The translations under genes were made by a program, and so were the position numbers. A DNA stretch of 64,000 bases, from NCBI GenBank assembly GCA_964016885.1, contig OZ024753.1, forward strand, positions 5,208,001-5,272,000. The letters run 5' to 3'. The notes beneath the pieces are model-generated. The model was not told the origin of the DNA. It ran no database searches and was given only the letters and a program-made list of their open reading frames with translations. Source of the stretch: Eledone cirrhosa. Its lineage: Eukaryota. Shown here piece by piece: positions 1 through 13,280 of this stretch (its first letter is position 1; every line of letters starts with the position of its first letter).

Positions 1-224
1 TTATTAACGGTATGGTAAACTGTTGGATATTTAGAGTTACTTTACTAACTACAAACTAAAGTTAGTCGTGGATGGGTTTGGTTATATAACAGTAGAAGTT
101 AGTAGAACTTGAAGAAAACAGTTCACTCCTTTAACATTCAAATATAGTAGAGACATTCCTTAGCTGAATGTAGTGTTGCTGAAACTTGAGAGGTCCTCTA
201 TAATGTTCAGATCCTCTTCCTCCT

Positions 225-660
225 CACCATCATCATCACCGTCATCACCATCATCATCATCATTGTAATCCTCATCATCATTGTAATCCTCATCATCATT
301 GTCATTATCATTGTCGTCGTCATCATTGCTTGCATGGGCTGGATGGGTTGTTACATTATGAGCCTAGCCAGGTCAGGGGACCACGTCTTATTCATATCGA
401 TTTGTTTTTGGTTAGGTTTTCTATGGCTGGGTGACTTTCCTAACACCAACCACATTACAGTATGTACTTGGAGCTTTTTTCATAGCCCCACCATTACCAC
501 TTTTCAAGGTAGACTGGGTGCTTTTTTTATGGTACCAATGGACCAGGTGCTTTTTGTTGTGGCACCAGTATGACCACTTTACAGAGTGAACCAGGTGCTT
601 TTTGTTATAACATCAGCACGACCACCTTACAGGGTGAACCAGATTCTTTTTGTTAAGATG
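225..660 (-). mobile_element. Degenerate group-A SINE (RTE-type tail) with expanded (CAT)n tail
   Basis: (CAT)n then ttgcttgcatggg, ttcctaacaccaacc and repeated gggtgcttttt subunits; reverse complement of the body/tail of the SINE at 24486-24868. Confidence 0.7.
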
Positions 661-770
661 ACCACCTCATTGATTTAAATTCAAAGTGCACACAAATTTG
701 ATGTCTTGTAATCTTCAAGAAACTCTTTTTTTTTCTACCTCCTCTACCACATGATGATCACACCATTTAA

Positions 771-965
771 ATACTTCTCATAGAAGCAGTGTAGAAGTTA
801 GGTTGGTACTCCCCACAGAAGCAGTGTAGAAGTTAGGTTAATACTCCTCATAGAAGCAGTGTAGAAGTTAGGTTAATACTCCTCATAGAAGCAGTGTAGA
901 AGTTAGGTTAGTACTCCTCATAGAAGCAGTGTAGAAGTTAGTTTGATACTCCCCACATAAGCAGT
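771..965. repeat. 35-bp minisatellite, about 5.5 copies
   Basis: Unit atactcctcatagaagcagtgtagaagttaggtta starting at 771, 806, 841, 876, 911, 946; no spacers. Confidence 0.95.
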
Positions 966-1240
966 CACAAAATGTCAGACTTGACCTAGTTAAAGTAAAT
1001 TAAATTGTAATGAAGTGGAAGTCAATGTTGAACAGTAAAAGTCAAAGACAGGAAGTGACACAATGTGTACAAAATATAAATCAATATAAATTGAATATTT
1101 GACAGATTAAAGTGTTATTATCAATGTTTGTATTCACTAGCAGTATAGTTACTAGCAGTAAGTCTTTTTTAGTCTTTTTTTAGCTGAGTCAAAATAAGAA
1201 GACCTTATTGGAGCAGCAGTAGACAAAATGTAATATTTGA

Positions 1241-1350
1241 TTAACCCTTTTGCATTTAGACCAGCTGTATCCAGCCAGAATTCTCTCAGCTCCTTATGTT
1301 CAAACTGGCAGCAATTGGCAGCTAATACTTATGTTAAGGTATTGTTCTCA
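1241..1350. mobile_element. TTAA MITE family 1 (piggyBac-like), partial
   Basis: ttaacccttttgcattt terminus plus ccagaattctctca...aaggtattgttctca internal match to the full copy at 40875-41103. Confidence 0.85.
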
Positions 1351-1520
1351 GTCACTTAACGCCACAGAAACCAGGGTAAGTACTGGCCTGGTGAGCCTTC
1401 GGGCTTGAGACAAACTTTTAGACTTATTTGAATTGACAGTTTCTTCTTCCAATGTTTGCAGCCTTTTACACGCTAGAAATTCTTATTTATTTCATTAAAT
1501 TTCTAAGTCATACTCTAGAC

Positions 1521-1847
1521 CAATGATTCCCATCATGGGGCGCACACCCGACAAGGGGGCAATTTAAATATTTAAGGAGGCCATTTGAAAATGATGTTAA
1601 TGAGAACAAACCTCAGGTCTTACTTTATTACTTTTACACCAAGGCAACTTTGGTATACATTACTGTCAGAAACTCCTGCCTCACCTCCTTCATATGTTAT
1701 TGTACATCTGGCACCACCTATATGCCAATTTGTTTACACTTTGCAATTGATTATTGCTGTTTTCACATAAATGGGTGAAGTGGGGGGCAATAATAATTTT
1801 TGAAATGTTGAGGTGGGACATGGTACACAAAAGGTTGGGAACCTCTG
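1521..1847 (+). mobile_element. hAT (Charlie-like) non-autonomous element
   Basis: TIRs caatgattccca / tgggaacctctg; 8-bp TSD ctctagac / ctctaggc; inverted second copy at 59132-59450. Confidence 0.9.
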
Positions 1848-2270
1848 CTCTAGGCTGTAAATTCCAACACATCTGGATATATAGATCTGTTATACTAGTT
1901 TATTTTAGCTACATTAATCAACATAGTAATTTCAGTTATTATTATGCCCTTGACTTATTTTATATTATTTCTATTTCAATACTGATTGCTTTCCTCATTG
2001 GAAGAAATTACACTTCAGAAATGTTAATGTAAAAAGCACAATTTTAACTTTAACTTTTTTTTAAAGGTTTTCTAACAGTTTCGAAAAAATATATAATAAC
2101 AATATATATATATATATATATAATACACACTTTAAAGTTATTTACTATTGCATGCTTTCATTAATATAAACTAACTGTTTTAATGAAACTAAAAAGATAG
2201 TTGTTGGAATGTGTTAAGTTTTGTAGTTGAAATTGATCAGTGGCAAAGTATTGAGACTGCATTATATAAA

Positions 2271-2464
2271 GGGTGAAGGATTGGCAGTAATCAGTAGCGC
2301 GTCAGATACCATGCTTTACAGCATACAGTTATAGCCTTTTACGTTCTGAGTTCATATCCTGCTGAGGTTAACTTTGCCTTTCATCCTTACAGGGTCGATA
2401 AAGTAAAGCACCAGTAACGCACTGGGATAATTGCTGGCCTTGTGCCAAAAGTAGAAACAATTAT
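2271..2464 (+). mobile_element. Group-B SINE, tail type B1
   Basis: ttggcag head, gagttca B-box-like motif, central ctttgcctttcatccttacagggtcgataaa, tail ggccttgtgccaaaagtagaaacaattat. Confidence 0.85.
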
Positions 2465-3136
2465 ACAAGATATTGCAGTAATTAGGGGACTGCTTGCTCC
2501 CAAAGTTTTTTGACTCCCTTTTTTTATGATTTCTCAATTTACATATAAGAGGGAGTTTTATAAGATTCTTATCAGGCAGTTACTTTGAATTAGGAAAACA
2601 CATTGAAATTTAAGCTTCGTGTCATTCATAGTTTTATGTTCATTTCCCGTTTTTGCATGTATCATCTCATTTTCTATATAACTCTAAATGACAGAAGTAG
2701 TGGTAAAAATAAGGAGCAAGGCAATAGTATTAAGTTTTACCTCTCATAAATATATATTGGTAGCTGAGATAAACAGCTAGCTAGCTAAGTTGGTGATATT
2801 TAGGTAGAGGATGAAAGGGGGAGAAAGGAAACTATTAAGAAACTTAAAATATCATCTTCATTTTGAATATTATTTGCATTTTCTGTAACAGTGGAAAATC
2901 AGATTAGCTAAAGAAGAATTTTTGTTCCTATCAAGAAAACCCAGCCCTTTTCTGGCTCCACTGTCCCCTCAAAATATCATTCTGAATGTTCAACAAAGGT
3001 TGTTATATTTCAAATCTTTGGTGTTTCGATTATAAATATTTTCTCTCTTTATGGCAAGCTAATTACCGTATATACAGGAATATAAACTGAGGAATATGTG
3101 ACCAAATATATATACTGGAATATAAGGCAAGGAATT

Positions 3137-3138
3137 GT

Positions 3139-3190
<52 letters not shown>

Positions 3191-3215
3191 TTGTGTGTGT
3201 GTTTGTCTGTGTGTG
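3137..3215. repeat. (GT)n microsatellite
   Basis: Direct inspection. Confidence 0.95.
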
Positions 3216-3594
3216 AAAATATAAAACACAACAATTATTTATATATTGTGTTAGTAGATGTTTCTGTTGGTAATTCTTCCAGAAAATTGTCATAAACGAA
3301 AGGCTACAACATTGTGACTTAATGATTTTCATGATTTTGCAAAAGGTTAATTGATACCATTTGTGTAAGTTCTATTTAATGAGTAGTCAAGCATTTTTTT
3401 AACATTATACAATAATCTGTTAGATTCCTGGTTTATATTAACTTTATATACTGCTATTACTGTTTTGACTGCCAATCAGAGAAAGTGGCTTTCCATTGAA
3501 ATTTGCAACCATTGCCAGTTTGTTAGTTAAGTACATTAAAGTACTTTCCCCATAGAGTAACTTTTTATTCTTTCCTTTTTATATTTATTGAAAT

Positions 3595-4093
3595 AGCTTT
3601 TTCTTTCATCCTTACAGGGTTGATAAAATAAAATACCAGTAACACACTGGGTGATTTAATCGACTTTCTCCTCACCCAAAATTGCTGGTCATGTGCCTAT
3701 AGTAGAAATCATCATCATTATTATTATTATAATTATAATTATTATTATTATTAAGGGTGGTTGATTGGCAGTATTGGTAGAGTCCACTCTGTAAAGTGGT
3801 AGTGTTGGTGCCTCAAAAAATGCACCCAGTACACTTTGTAAATTATTAGTATTGGTGCAACGATAAAATACACCCAATCCACTCTATAAATTGTTAGTAT
3901 TGGTGCCATGATAAAATGCACCCAGTACACTCTATAAGGTGGTTGGTATTAGGAAGGGGACCCATCCATAGAAATCATTCCAAATATGGAATGTAATGAG
4001 CAAGATGAGGTCACTCTGACCTGACTGATCCCAGAACATGACAACCCATCCAATCCATGACAATGTGGAAAGTGGATATATAATGATGATGAT
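3595..4093 (+). mobile_element. SINE cluster: B1 3' half with (ATT)n tail, B head fragment, group-A body with (GAT)n tail
   Basis: Segments match 2271-2464 and 24486-24868; three cacccagtacactctgtaaa-type subunits. Confidence 0.75.
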
Positions 4094-4398
4094 ATCTAAT
4101 CAAACTTATGTAGAAATATTAGCATAAGATCAAAGATTAGATTTATCTATACTATTCTATATAAACATGAATAAAATGTTTACATAAATGCAAAGGACAT
4201 AGACATTCAATATTTGCTAGTTTATTATTTTCAAGCAAAACCAAGATGGCTGAACGTTATTTCTCTATAAAAACATGCATTTATTGTTCTGCAGATTTTG
4301 GATATTTTCATGGATTATTAGATGAGATATTTTATAATACATTATTTCTTTTCTAACTCTAATATTCCAACAGAAGACAATGTGGTTAATAATATTAT

Positions 4399-4640
4399 TT
4401 AATCTCTTCAGTGCCGCAGATGAGATAACTCGTCTTAACATGTTTGAACTCATTTCCAACAGTTCATAATTTGAAAGCTAGATGGGGTCACTAGTTTATT
4501 GATGTGACGTTTGTCAGTCATTCAGATATGTGTTGTTAACAAATGTTTGTTTTAAAAAATAGTCATTTTACTGAAAGAAAACCTGGCACAGCAACTGTAG
4601 CTGTGTAAAATATATGTGGCAGACAACAGGTAAAGGTTAG
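4399..4640. mobile_element. TTAA MITE family 2
   Basis: ttaatctcttcagtgccgcagatgagataac...; about 200 bp colinear with 11568-11910. Confidence 0.75.
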
Positions 4641-6589
4641 GTCTTTATTATGTAAACCACAAGTAGTTTTGGCTCTTCCTCACTATCATGCCATCTTTAT
4701 TTGGTGTATATTCTAAATATCTTATCTGTTTCCTAATAAAACAATTGAATTATTGATGTTCTATCCAATATTTTATTTGTCTAATCTACAAGAGAACTAA
4801 TAAAAGAGCTTCTATGTTGCCATTCAACTTGTTAGAAATAGCAGCCCAATTTTCCTCAAACCTTGCTCTACTATCTTATAGAAAGGAAATATTAGATATC
4901 ATCATCATTTTAATGCCCATTTTCCCACACTAGCATGGGTTGAATGAGTTGTTACGTTGTGAGACTGAAAAGTTAAAAGGGTTGGTCATGTATGGAATGC
5001 CTTTAATCTACTCAGTAAGGGCTGGTCTGGGGTGAGACAAAGGTAGCAAGATATCTCTGTTGCTATTATATCATCTTTAGTTTCTACCTAGTTGCAGTCT
5101 TATACTTATCATACTTACTAAATATTTTCTTATTCCTTCAGATCAATTCTTGTATCTTTCCTCTCTACTATATTATCAATGACTTTATAAGCCCTTGTCT
5201 TATCTTTTACTATAAATAGTGTTTACATTTACTGTATAATTGAATTTCGATGTCTTCAGATTAAAAAAATGCAACATAGTTTTTTTTTTGTGCCACTTCT
5301 GTACCCTTTCTAAGTTGTACATTTCATATAACTCCCAGTGGATAATCTGTGCAACTAGTATTTTGTATAAGCTTATCATATGTGTCACACATCTATCCTT
5401 TTCCACTACTACTGTTACTATTATTATATGCAGACGGTAGAGAGCCACCCAAGATGCTTTATGGTCTGTAGTTTGCAGCCTCATCATTTTAAAATCAAAT
5501 CTTGTTAAAGTTGACATTGTATTTCATCTCTTTAGGATTATTTAAGTAAGTTCCAAGAAGATATTAAGGTTATGTTAATGGTCCAGAACACTTCTTCCTT
5601 ACAAAATAAGCCTAGTTAAAAGAAATGAATATTGTTGTTGTTAGATTAACATTGCAGATCTTGTTGTAGCAATAAATTATACTTTGAGAAGTAAATTCAA
5701 CTGGTGTAAATATCTCTGAAAACTCTCCTCATTGGTGGCAAAATAGTTTGTTGCATACATGACATTAGATATGCTGCTTATAGACTGCCAAATGTAGTGT
5801 CTTACAATTATGCATTCTGCTCTTACAAAGATTGGTTTAGCACCAGTAAAATATGTATTTGCTGTTCTATTCTTCTGTAAGAAGATACTACACTGGCGCC
5901 ATAAACCATTGAGTTACTCATAGAATGAAATCCTGTTTTTGTTTGATTTTGTTTTTCTTAACTCTGTTGTTATACAACATATTACAGATAAAGTCTAGTT
6001 CTTTTGCCCAGGGAACAGTATTGAAAGCATTGATGGAAAATCTCCAGATTCTTTCAACTGAGAGGCAGACATTTTATATAATGGTTATTGAAAATGGTTA
6101 TATTTACTAGCAATGTAAAACAAAATTAGTCACTTATATTTAGGATAAAGAGAATACAAAGTAGCTTCATGTACTGAGTATTAAATAAAGATATACTACA
6201 TACACACACACACATATATATATATACATACATATTTATATAGATTGAGCATTAAATAAAAATATACCACACACACACACATATATATATCCACGCTGTA
6301 AAGTGGACATGTCGGTGACACAACAAAAAGTGCGCTGTCCAAGCTTTAAAGTGGTCATGTAGGTGTCACAACAAAAAGCACTCAGCACACACTGTAAATG
6401 TGGTTGGCATTAGGAAGGGCATCCAGCTGTAGAAACCAAGCCAAATCAATAAATTATAAATTAGGCAACTAATAAAAAAATCTTTAATACCACAGCAATT
6501 TTTGTCCTATTTAATTTCTCATGTTGTTAATGCCAATTTCAAGATGATGTTATTAAGCTTTGCAGATTTCTTGTTTACATTTGTTTTAT

Positions 6590-6882
6590 AGGATAAAAAA
6601 AGGATAAAGATCTCATAACTCCTAGAGGCACCATCATACAGCGTGTTTAGGGCACTTTTAAACCTGGTGGAGCCCAACCCTCTCCAGGTCTGAACATAGC
6701 CGATTTGTTCTATAGAAGAAGAATTAACCCCAGGTCTGAACTGGTATTTTTTTATCGACCTCGAAAGGATGAAAGGCAAAGTTGACCCCGGTGGGATTTG
6801 AACTCTGAGCATGCAATGAGGTGGGACGAATAATGTAAAGCATTCTATCCAATATCTTAACAACTCTGCCAATTCGCCACCT
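6590..6882 (-). mobile_element. Group-B SINE, tail type B2, with 16-bp TSD
   Basis: Reverse-complement match to 41778-42092; tttacatttgttttat at 6574-6589 and 6883-6898. Confidence 0.9.
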
Positions 6883-7063
6883 TTTACATTTGTTTTATGA
6901 TTATATCAAATAAGAAACTTTAATAAAAACATATGTAAGGTAAAGTCTTGAGTCAACCTTTTACATTAAATCAGGTATATCTTATTTCATTGAGATGCTA
7001 ATGTTATGATATGTTACCAATTTTTGCTATTGTAATAGAACAGGGAATATAATAGCTAAAGGA

Positions 7064-7267
7064 TTAACCCCTTTGTTACTATATTTCTCATGGAATACCC
7101 ATTAATACTATTAATTAATGAAGAATTTGGAGAGATTATTAACATTGTATTTGTAACATAACTTAACAAAAGGTTCTTATGTTAAATTATGTTGTAAGAT
7201 TTTAAATTAAATAGGAACCCTTTAAAATGGGTGGTTTTGTTTCATAGAACCAGACAAAAGGGTTAAG
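7064..7267. mobile_element. TTAA MITE family 3
   Basis: ttaaccccctttgttactatatttc...caaaagggttaa; related copies at 10440-10690, 15166-15646, 51390-51646. Confidence 0.7.
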
Positions 7268-8399
7268 ATGTTAAGGATATTGCACTGTGCCCATAGGTTA
7301 TGCTGTATTATTTTACTTTACTTAGTCCACCTAGCTGAAAATAGGTACTACTCCAGCTATATTTTCAAATAATTAGTATTGAGAACAGCATCCAGCTGTA
7401 AACACCTGTTCCAGCACTTTCATACAGTAGAGATGTCTTCATTTTCACAACCATCTAACAATGTAAGAAAAAGCAGGTGTAAAGTGCTCAAAAGAAAAAA
7501 GTTTGTGATACGAAGACCATTAACTTCATCTTACAGTAAGTTACCCTCCCCACCACCTCTCCCAACCACTCATGAGAAGGTAAATTGAATTAGCTTAAGG
7601 GAAAAGAATAATAATATTCTCACTTTCTTTTTCTCTTGGATTTGTTTGTTTGTTTGTTTTTTTTCTTTTTTTTTTTACAGCTTAGTTAGGGAGGGAAGGC
7701 TCTTTAGATTTTCAGGGTCTCCAATACTGATGGGAAGAAGGGAGGGGTTAGCTCTGTCAAAGGTACCCAAGGAATAGTTGGAGGTAGTGTTAAATTGGGC
7801 AATGAATTAAGTCTAGTGCCCAAGAACTCAGACTGCAAAGAGTTGGAACAGGTAGCAAAGTCATCTCATCCAATGCTCCAAGCATTTCCACCAATTTACT
7901 CCACTGTATTGGTTCTTTAGTCTATTGATCGTGAATGTCAAGCAAGATGTGGCCACATGACCCATAACTTTGAAAAATAACTGAACTGACTTGGACTGTG
8001 ATGTCCTACCTAACCCATACCTGTTGATAATGATGAGGGGGCTTAGAATGTCTAATCTGTCCTTTCTTTAATATAAGGACCACATCAATTTTATAACATG
8101 TGTAACAGTAATAGACAGGATAGCCACTACTAGAAATGGTAGCTGACTCATGTTTTTTATATCTCCTACCTCTTTGCTATACATAGACCTGTTTAGAATT
8201 AGCTGATCAGAATAATCTAACAAAAACAATTGAAGTTAACAAAGGAGCCTCTACATAGTTGCTCACCCTGCTAGAAATAACAATTAAATCTCCCTCAATC
8301 CACACCAAGGAACACTGGATTGCACATACTCGATGCATTATGCTTGAAAATAAAATGAGCTGTTCACAACTGTAATACCTTTAGCCAAAGCTCTATTTA

Positions 8400-9240
8400 A
8401 TCAAAGTTGATCTGGTGTTCAACAAGATCTATGACAATTCTTTCTTATTCTCTTTTTTCTCTATATTTTCCTATTTTACATTCCATTCTTCTGAATCTAA
8501 ATTTTCTTTTTTCTTTTTCTATTAAACTGTATTTAGATAATACATTCCATAAATAAAATCTCTCTTTACAACTTCCTTTTATTCTATTAGTGTCAAGTCT
8601 CTAATCTGCTTCTCTACATATTCTCACCTTATAAAATAAACTTTTAAGTATATAGCTTGCATACCTCATATCTTAAATTCAAAGAAACTTATTTTTTCAC
8701 CATTTTGCTAAAAAGAATTCCCCAAATTTCATTCAGTCACTAAGAAACATAAATTGTTGGTTACTGTACTTTCCCCAATCAACTCCCTTGTCAATGTATG
8801 ATATATTTGTTAGATAACCAAAATTTACTTTATCTAATAGCAGCAGTTCGCTACCAAAATAAAATTATCTCCAAAAATGTTACTAATGACTGCATTATTT
8901 TGTTTCCTAACATCTCCACCAGACTGGGCCTCAGTCCAATACAATGTTATATTAAAACACAATAGAACCGTAGCCTTGTTGTTTACTGAAAGCATCATTG
9001 TCCTCCACAACTTGATGACATGTTTTGTATAAAACTTAATATTATGTCCCTTCTCTTTATTCTCATTAAAATAGTTTCTGTTTTTGTTAAAACTTATTCT
9101 CCCAATATATCCTGGAAGCTAAAAGTTCAAGTATATACATCTGAACACATTTTGTAATTCTATATACAACCCATTTTATTTTATTTTACACATATTTATT
9201 TTAAAATATTTCAGTTGTATTTGTACTTTTCAATTTTCAG
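8400..9240 (-). mobile_element. Highly degraded LINE RT-like remnant
   Basis: Minus-strand patches weakly resembling KQG..S..LFN and FADD-type motifs; many stops. Confidence 0.35.
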
Positions 9241-9772
9241 TTGTGACAGAAATGATTCAATGTTATATTGAAAGTGAGAGCCCTCTACACTCGTTTTCCT
9301 GTAACATTTAAATATCTACATACATATTCCTTCAGTTCCTCTCTCTCATTTTTACCTTACTTTCCCCAGAGACTCTAACTATACTACAGTAACAATATTT
9401 ATTGTTTTATCTTCAATACTATGTTTGGTCTTCTGAGGGCAATTCTTTTATTTCTATACATATATAAATTTCATTTTATTTTTTTTTTATTTTGTTTCTG
9501 TGACTTGTGTTCACTTTTGTTTGTGTTAGGAATATCAACCAACAACTGATATTTCTACACGTTCTTCTCCTTTCCTTTGCTTTTACTGTGGTGGATTATA
9601 AATCTTCCAGTGATGTTTCATGCCACTAGACCAATATTACTGCATTATCATGTTACTTTCATATTTAGTTTTGGGTTTAGAGATAATAATGTAGTCTTTG
9701 TTGTTGAGTGTGTTGTTATTATCCTGGGTAAGTTGTGATTATTTTTCATTCTTTATCCTTAGGGCAACATAT

Positions 9773-9863
9773 TTAACCCATTAGCATTTAAACGGGCTGT
9801 ATCTGGCCAGAATTTCCTCACCTCTTTCTGTTCAAATTGGCTGTAACTGGCCATTCATACTGA
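9773..9863. mobile_element. TTAA MITE family 1, partial
   Basis: ttaacccattagcatttaaac terminus and internal match. Confidence 0.85.
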
Positions 9864-10439
9864 CATGTCTGTAGTTATAGTAGTCTTGATGTACATCTGG
9901 ACAGACTTTTGTTCCTTTTGAGAAAGGGATAACATCATATTTCAACATTTACAGTTTATAAGATGAAAGAGGTTTACTGAGTAGTTCCCCCCACTCTCTC
10001 TCAAACAAATTCTCATTTATACTTTTAATATTATTTATTATTATTAAATGTTTTAAATCAAGACTTCTGTTGCAATCTTCAACACTGCATTCCAATAGAT
10101 GTACATCATGTGCACTGAGGGTCACACTACACCGCCTTATTGACAGTCTGCAACAGCATTGAGGATAGTAATGAAACTTGCTAAAAGAATTTAACACAGC
10201 CTCTGATGTTGCATGATATGCTTAAAACTGAAGACAAAAGAATATGAACTTCGCTGCAAGCTTCATTGATTTCCGGGTTGTTTAGAGCCTGGGCAATGAT
10301 TGGTCAGTGAGAAAAATTCAAAAGTACCCTTGATGCTGTTGTGGACTGTGAGTACTCCTATCAATTTTACCTGGACAAATCTAAGTTTGAGGGAGAGTTG
10401 AACAACCAAATATTCTAAGGTCCCTAATATGCAGATAAC

Positions 10440-10690
10440 TTAACCTTTCTGATGCAAAACTGTTGACACCAGCTCGGGTGCTATAATATATAACTTTATT
10501 ATAAAATATTCATATAAACCTAATAACCTTCCATCATAATTTTATGTGAGAACTTTTGTTATGCCCCAAACACTAGCTTAATTGTGAGAATGTTACATCA
10601 TTAAATCCCTCAAAATTCTCGGTTATTTCGAAAATGATTTTAAAATCATATGCCATATTTTCATTGGAAATATGGTAACAAAAGTGTTAA
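10440..10690. mobile_element. TTAA MITE family 3
   Basis: ttaacctttc...gaaatatggtaacaaaagtgttaa, inverted relative to 7064-7267. Confidence 0.7.
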
Positions 10691-10797
10691 GATATACAGT
10701 GACATGGAGGTTCACATGGTTGTAATCCTAATATGTTACCCTGAAATTTAGAACTTAAAGCATCAGGATCCTGTTATTATAGATAAAGAGGGTTAGT

Positions 10798-11200
10798 CTA
10801 AACTTAGCTGTTTCTGTGTTCAGTTTTATGTTTGAGTGAATAGAAGTAAACATACACACACACATACACCAGGTCCCAATACAGAAGAGCCAAACTCCCA
10901 CTGTCATCGCCTCCATCTCTCTCGCCCTCCCCATCTCTCACTATTATGAGTAAATGGGGTCCCATGGACTGGCTGCCCCACGGCCCCAGTGGACAGAATA
11001 GAAAGGTGTTTCCCCGGATGATGGTGATGGAGATGTGCTGGAAGAGCCATTCCATCTCGTAAGGCTCACATCTGCAGCTAGCCAGCTCAGCCTCTATGGT
11101 GGTGAGTAGGGAGGTAGCCCTAGGGCCAAGGACACCAGAAGTCTCCACTGTTAGGGGCTCAACTGCAAACCTGTCGGAGAGCGACCAATACTTGGAGAAT
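10798..11200 (-). mobile_element. 5'-truncated CRE-like non-LTR retrotransposon (C-terminus of restriction-like endonuclease)
   Basis: KYWSLSDRFAVEPLTVETSGVLGPRA...LFQHISITIIRGN; 14-bp TSD taaagagggttagt at 10784-10797 and 11201-11214. Confidence 0.8.
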
Positions 11201-11567
11201 TAAAGAGGGTTAGTTGATAATAAGTGCCATATACTATTTCATTTTCACTGGCAAGCTTAAGAACATTGTGGTATTAGTTGTAATGTATTTCTGATGGATA
11301 ATAGGATTTAAAATATAACAAATAAGATTAGAACTACTTAGTATAACTTTAAGTAATGCCCTTTGTTTTGTATGTGCTTAATTGACTGCTAAGTGAAACT
11401 GAATATGTAATTTAAGAAGTATTACTAAAGAGAAAGTAATACTAAATTGCCAGACTCATTAGAGCATAAAACAAAGCAAAACAAAAAGAAATGGTTAGCA
11501 GTATTTGTTCTGGCTCTCTATGCTGTGAGTTGAAGTGCCATCAAGATCAACTTAGTTTTACCATCCT

Positions 11568-11910
11568 TTAACCTCATCAGTGCCGTAGATGAGATAACTT
11601 GTCCTAACCTGTATGCATACCAGTGCCAGGGACGAGATAACTTGTCCTAACATGTTTGAACTCTTTTCCAACAGTTCATAACTTCAAAGTTATGAAATCT
11701 TTTCCAACAATTCATAACTTCAAAGCTAGATGGGGTTACTAGTTTATTGATGTGACATTTCTCAATCATTCAGCTATGTGTTGTTAATAAATGTTTGTTT
11801 AAAAAAATAGTCATTTTACTGGAAAAAAACCCGACACAGCAACTGTAGCTGTGTAAAATATACGCAGTTCTTTTGTATTTAATGTTACGGCAGGTTAATT
11901 GAGGGCTTAG
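11568..11910. mobile_element. TTAA MITE family 2
   Basis: Colinear with 4399-4640, with internal duplications; cagtgccg / cggcag subterminal inverted motif. Confidence 0.75.
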
Positions 11911-12583
11911 TTATTTTGTATTTATTCTAGTTTATGAAGAGTTAGAGATAGCAGTACCATATGAACACTGCTATATGCTGATTACTTACGTTTTGAATGA
12001 AGAATCTCTTTAAAAGTTACCAGTATCTTCAATGGAGGTCTCTCTCTTGAATATATTCAAGCAACATCTCTGATCTGAAGATAACCCAATATCGAACTAC
12101 AGCAGTTTATGAGTTGTGGTTTCCTCTTCCCTTGTCACTAGTCTTGGGCCATAGGTGCCACCCATTTTACAAAAGTATATATATATATGTGTGCGTGTGT
12201 GTGTGTGTATGTATGTATATATACATACGTGTGTGTGTATATATATATACATGTATATATATATAGTATGTGTGTGGTCAATACAGTTAGTCAGTGAAAG
12301 TAGTGGGTACAGAAAAAGTGCAGGAGTACTTCCAGTAGATTGATAAGAAAGATAAGGAATCAGAACTTTAGATGCACCAAATGAATCATAGCAGTTAGCA
12401 ACACGAACAACAATAAGATGAACACTTTTAATATCTTTGCTAGATATATAAGATAAGTTCCAGTTCTGCTTTATAAGTTATATAATGTTGAAGTTGATTC
12501 TAGTAAAAGAATTGTGACAAATATATGAATGGCTTGGAAAACGTCCCAAGAACTTTTATTTCTGTTAACAACATATATATATT

Positions 12584-12618
<35 letters not shown>

Positions 12619-12871
12619 CCCGGGTTCAATTGGGGGTAACCACAGTAAGTAAGAAAACTGAGTCAAATGGTTGGTGATAGGAAGGGCATCTAATTGCAAA
12701 AAAACATACCAAATAAAGTGTCGAGGATTGTTCAGTTGTGTTAAAGGATTGACAACCCCCTCAGTATTGGGACTATTATAAAATACACCCTGTACACCAG
12801 GTAATGCAGTCATATATATATATATATATATGAAAATAACAAAATAAGATGCTGAGGTTACATAAATCGTT

Positions 12872-13137
12872 TCATCATCATCATCATCATCACCATTTTA
12901 CGTCCGTTCTTCCATGCTAACATGAATTAGACGGGTTGTCCTGTTGTTGGCAGTGTCCACTCGGCTGATCTTGTCTCGCTCATACAGGAACTGATTTCTA
13001 CAGCTGGATGCCCTTCCTAACACCAACCTCATTTACAGTGAGTTCTGGGTGCTTTTTTTTCCATGGCACTACACATCTACTTTACAGTGTGGGCTGGGTG
13101 CTTTTTTGCCTTAGCACCTCCACGACCACTTTGCAAT
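12872..13137 (-). mobile_element. Group-A SINE 3' half
   Basis: (CAT)n, tccatgctaacatg, tttctacagctggatgcccttcctaacaccaacc. Confidence 0.85.
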
Positions 13138-13146
13138 CTCTTCTGA

Positions 13147-13177
<31 letters not shown>

Positions 13178-13223
13178 CAATGATATTAAATAAATGGAAA
13201 CTATATTTATAAAACCATATTTA

Positions 13224-13280
13224 TTCTATTATATATATTTCAAGGGTACCAAAATTTTGGTACGCTATCATCAGATACAA
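13224..13280 (-). ncRNA. Minimal type I hammerhead ribozyme motif (Penelope/retrozyme type), slightly decayed
   Basis: Minus strand: ttgtat-CTGATGA-tagcgtaccaaaattttggtaccctt-GAAA-tatata-TA-atagaa; core boxes intact, stems I, II and III present. Confidence 0.65.

Noticed and set aside
771-965. CRISPR-like 35-bp repeats (also the 46-bp array at 34623 and 25-bp array at 52408)
   Set aside because: Head-to-tail units without unique spacers, no cas genes, eukaryotic context
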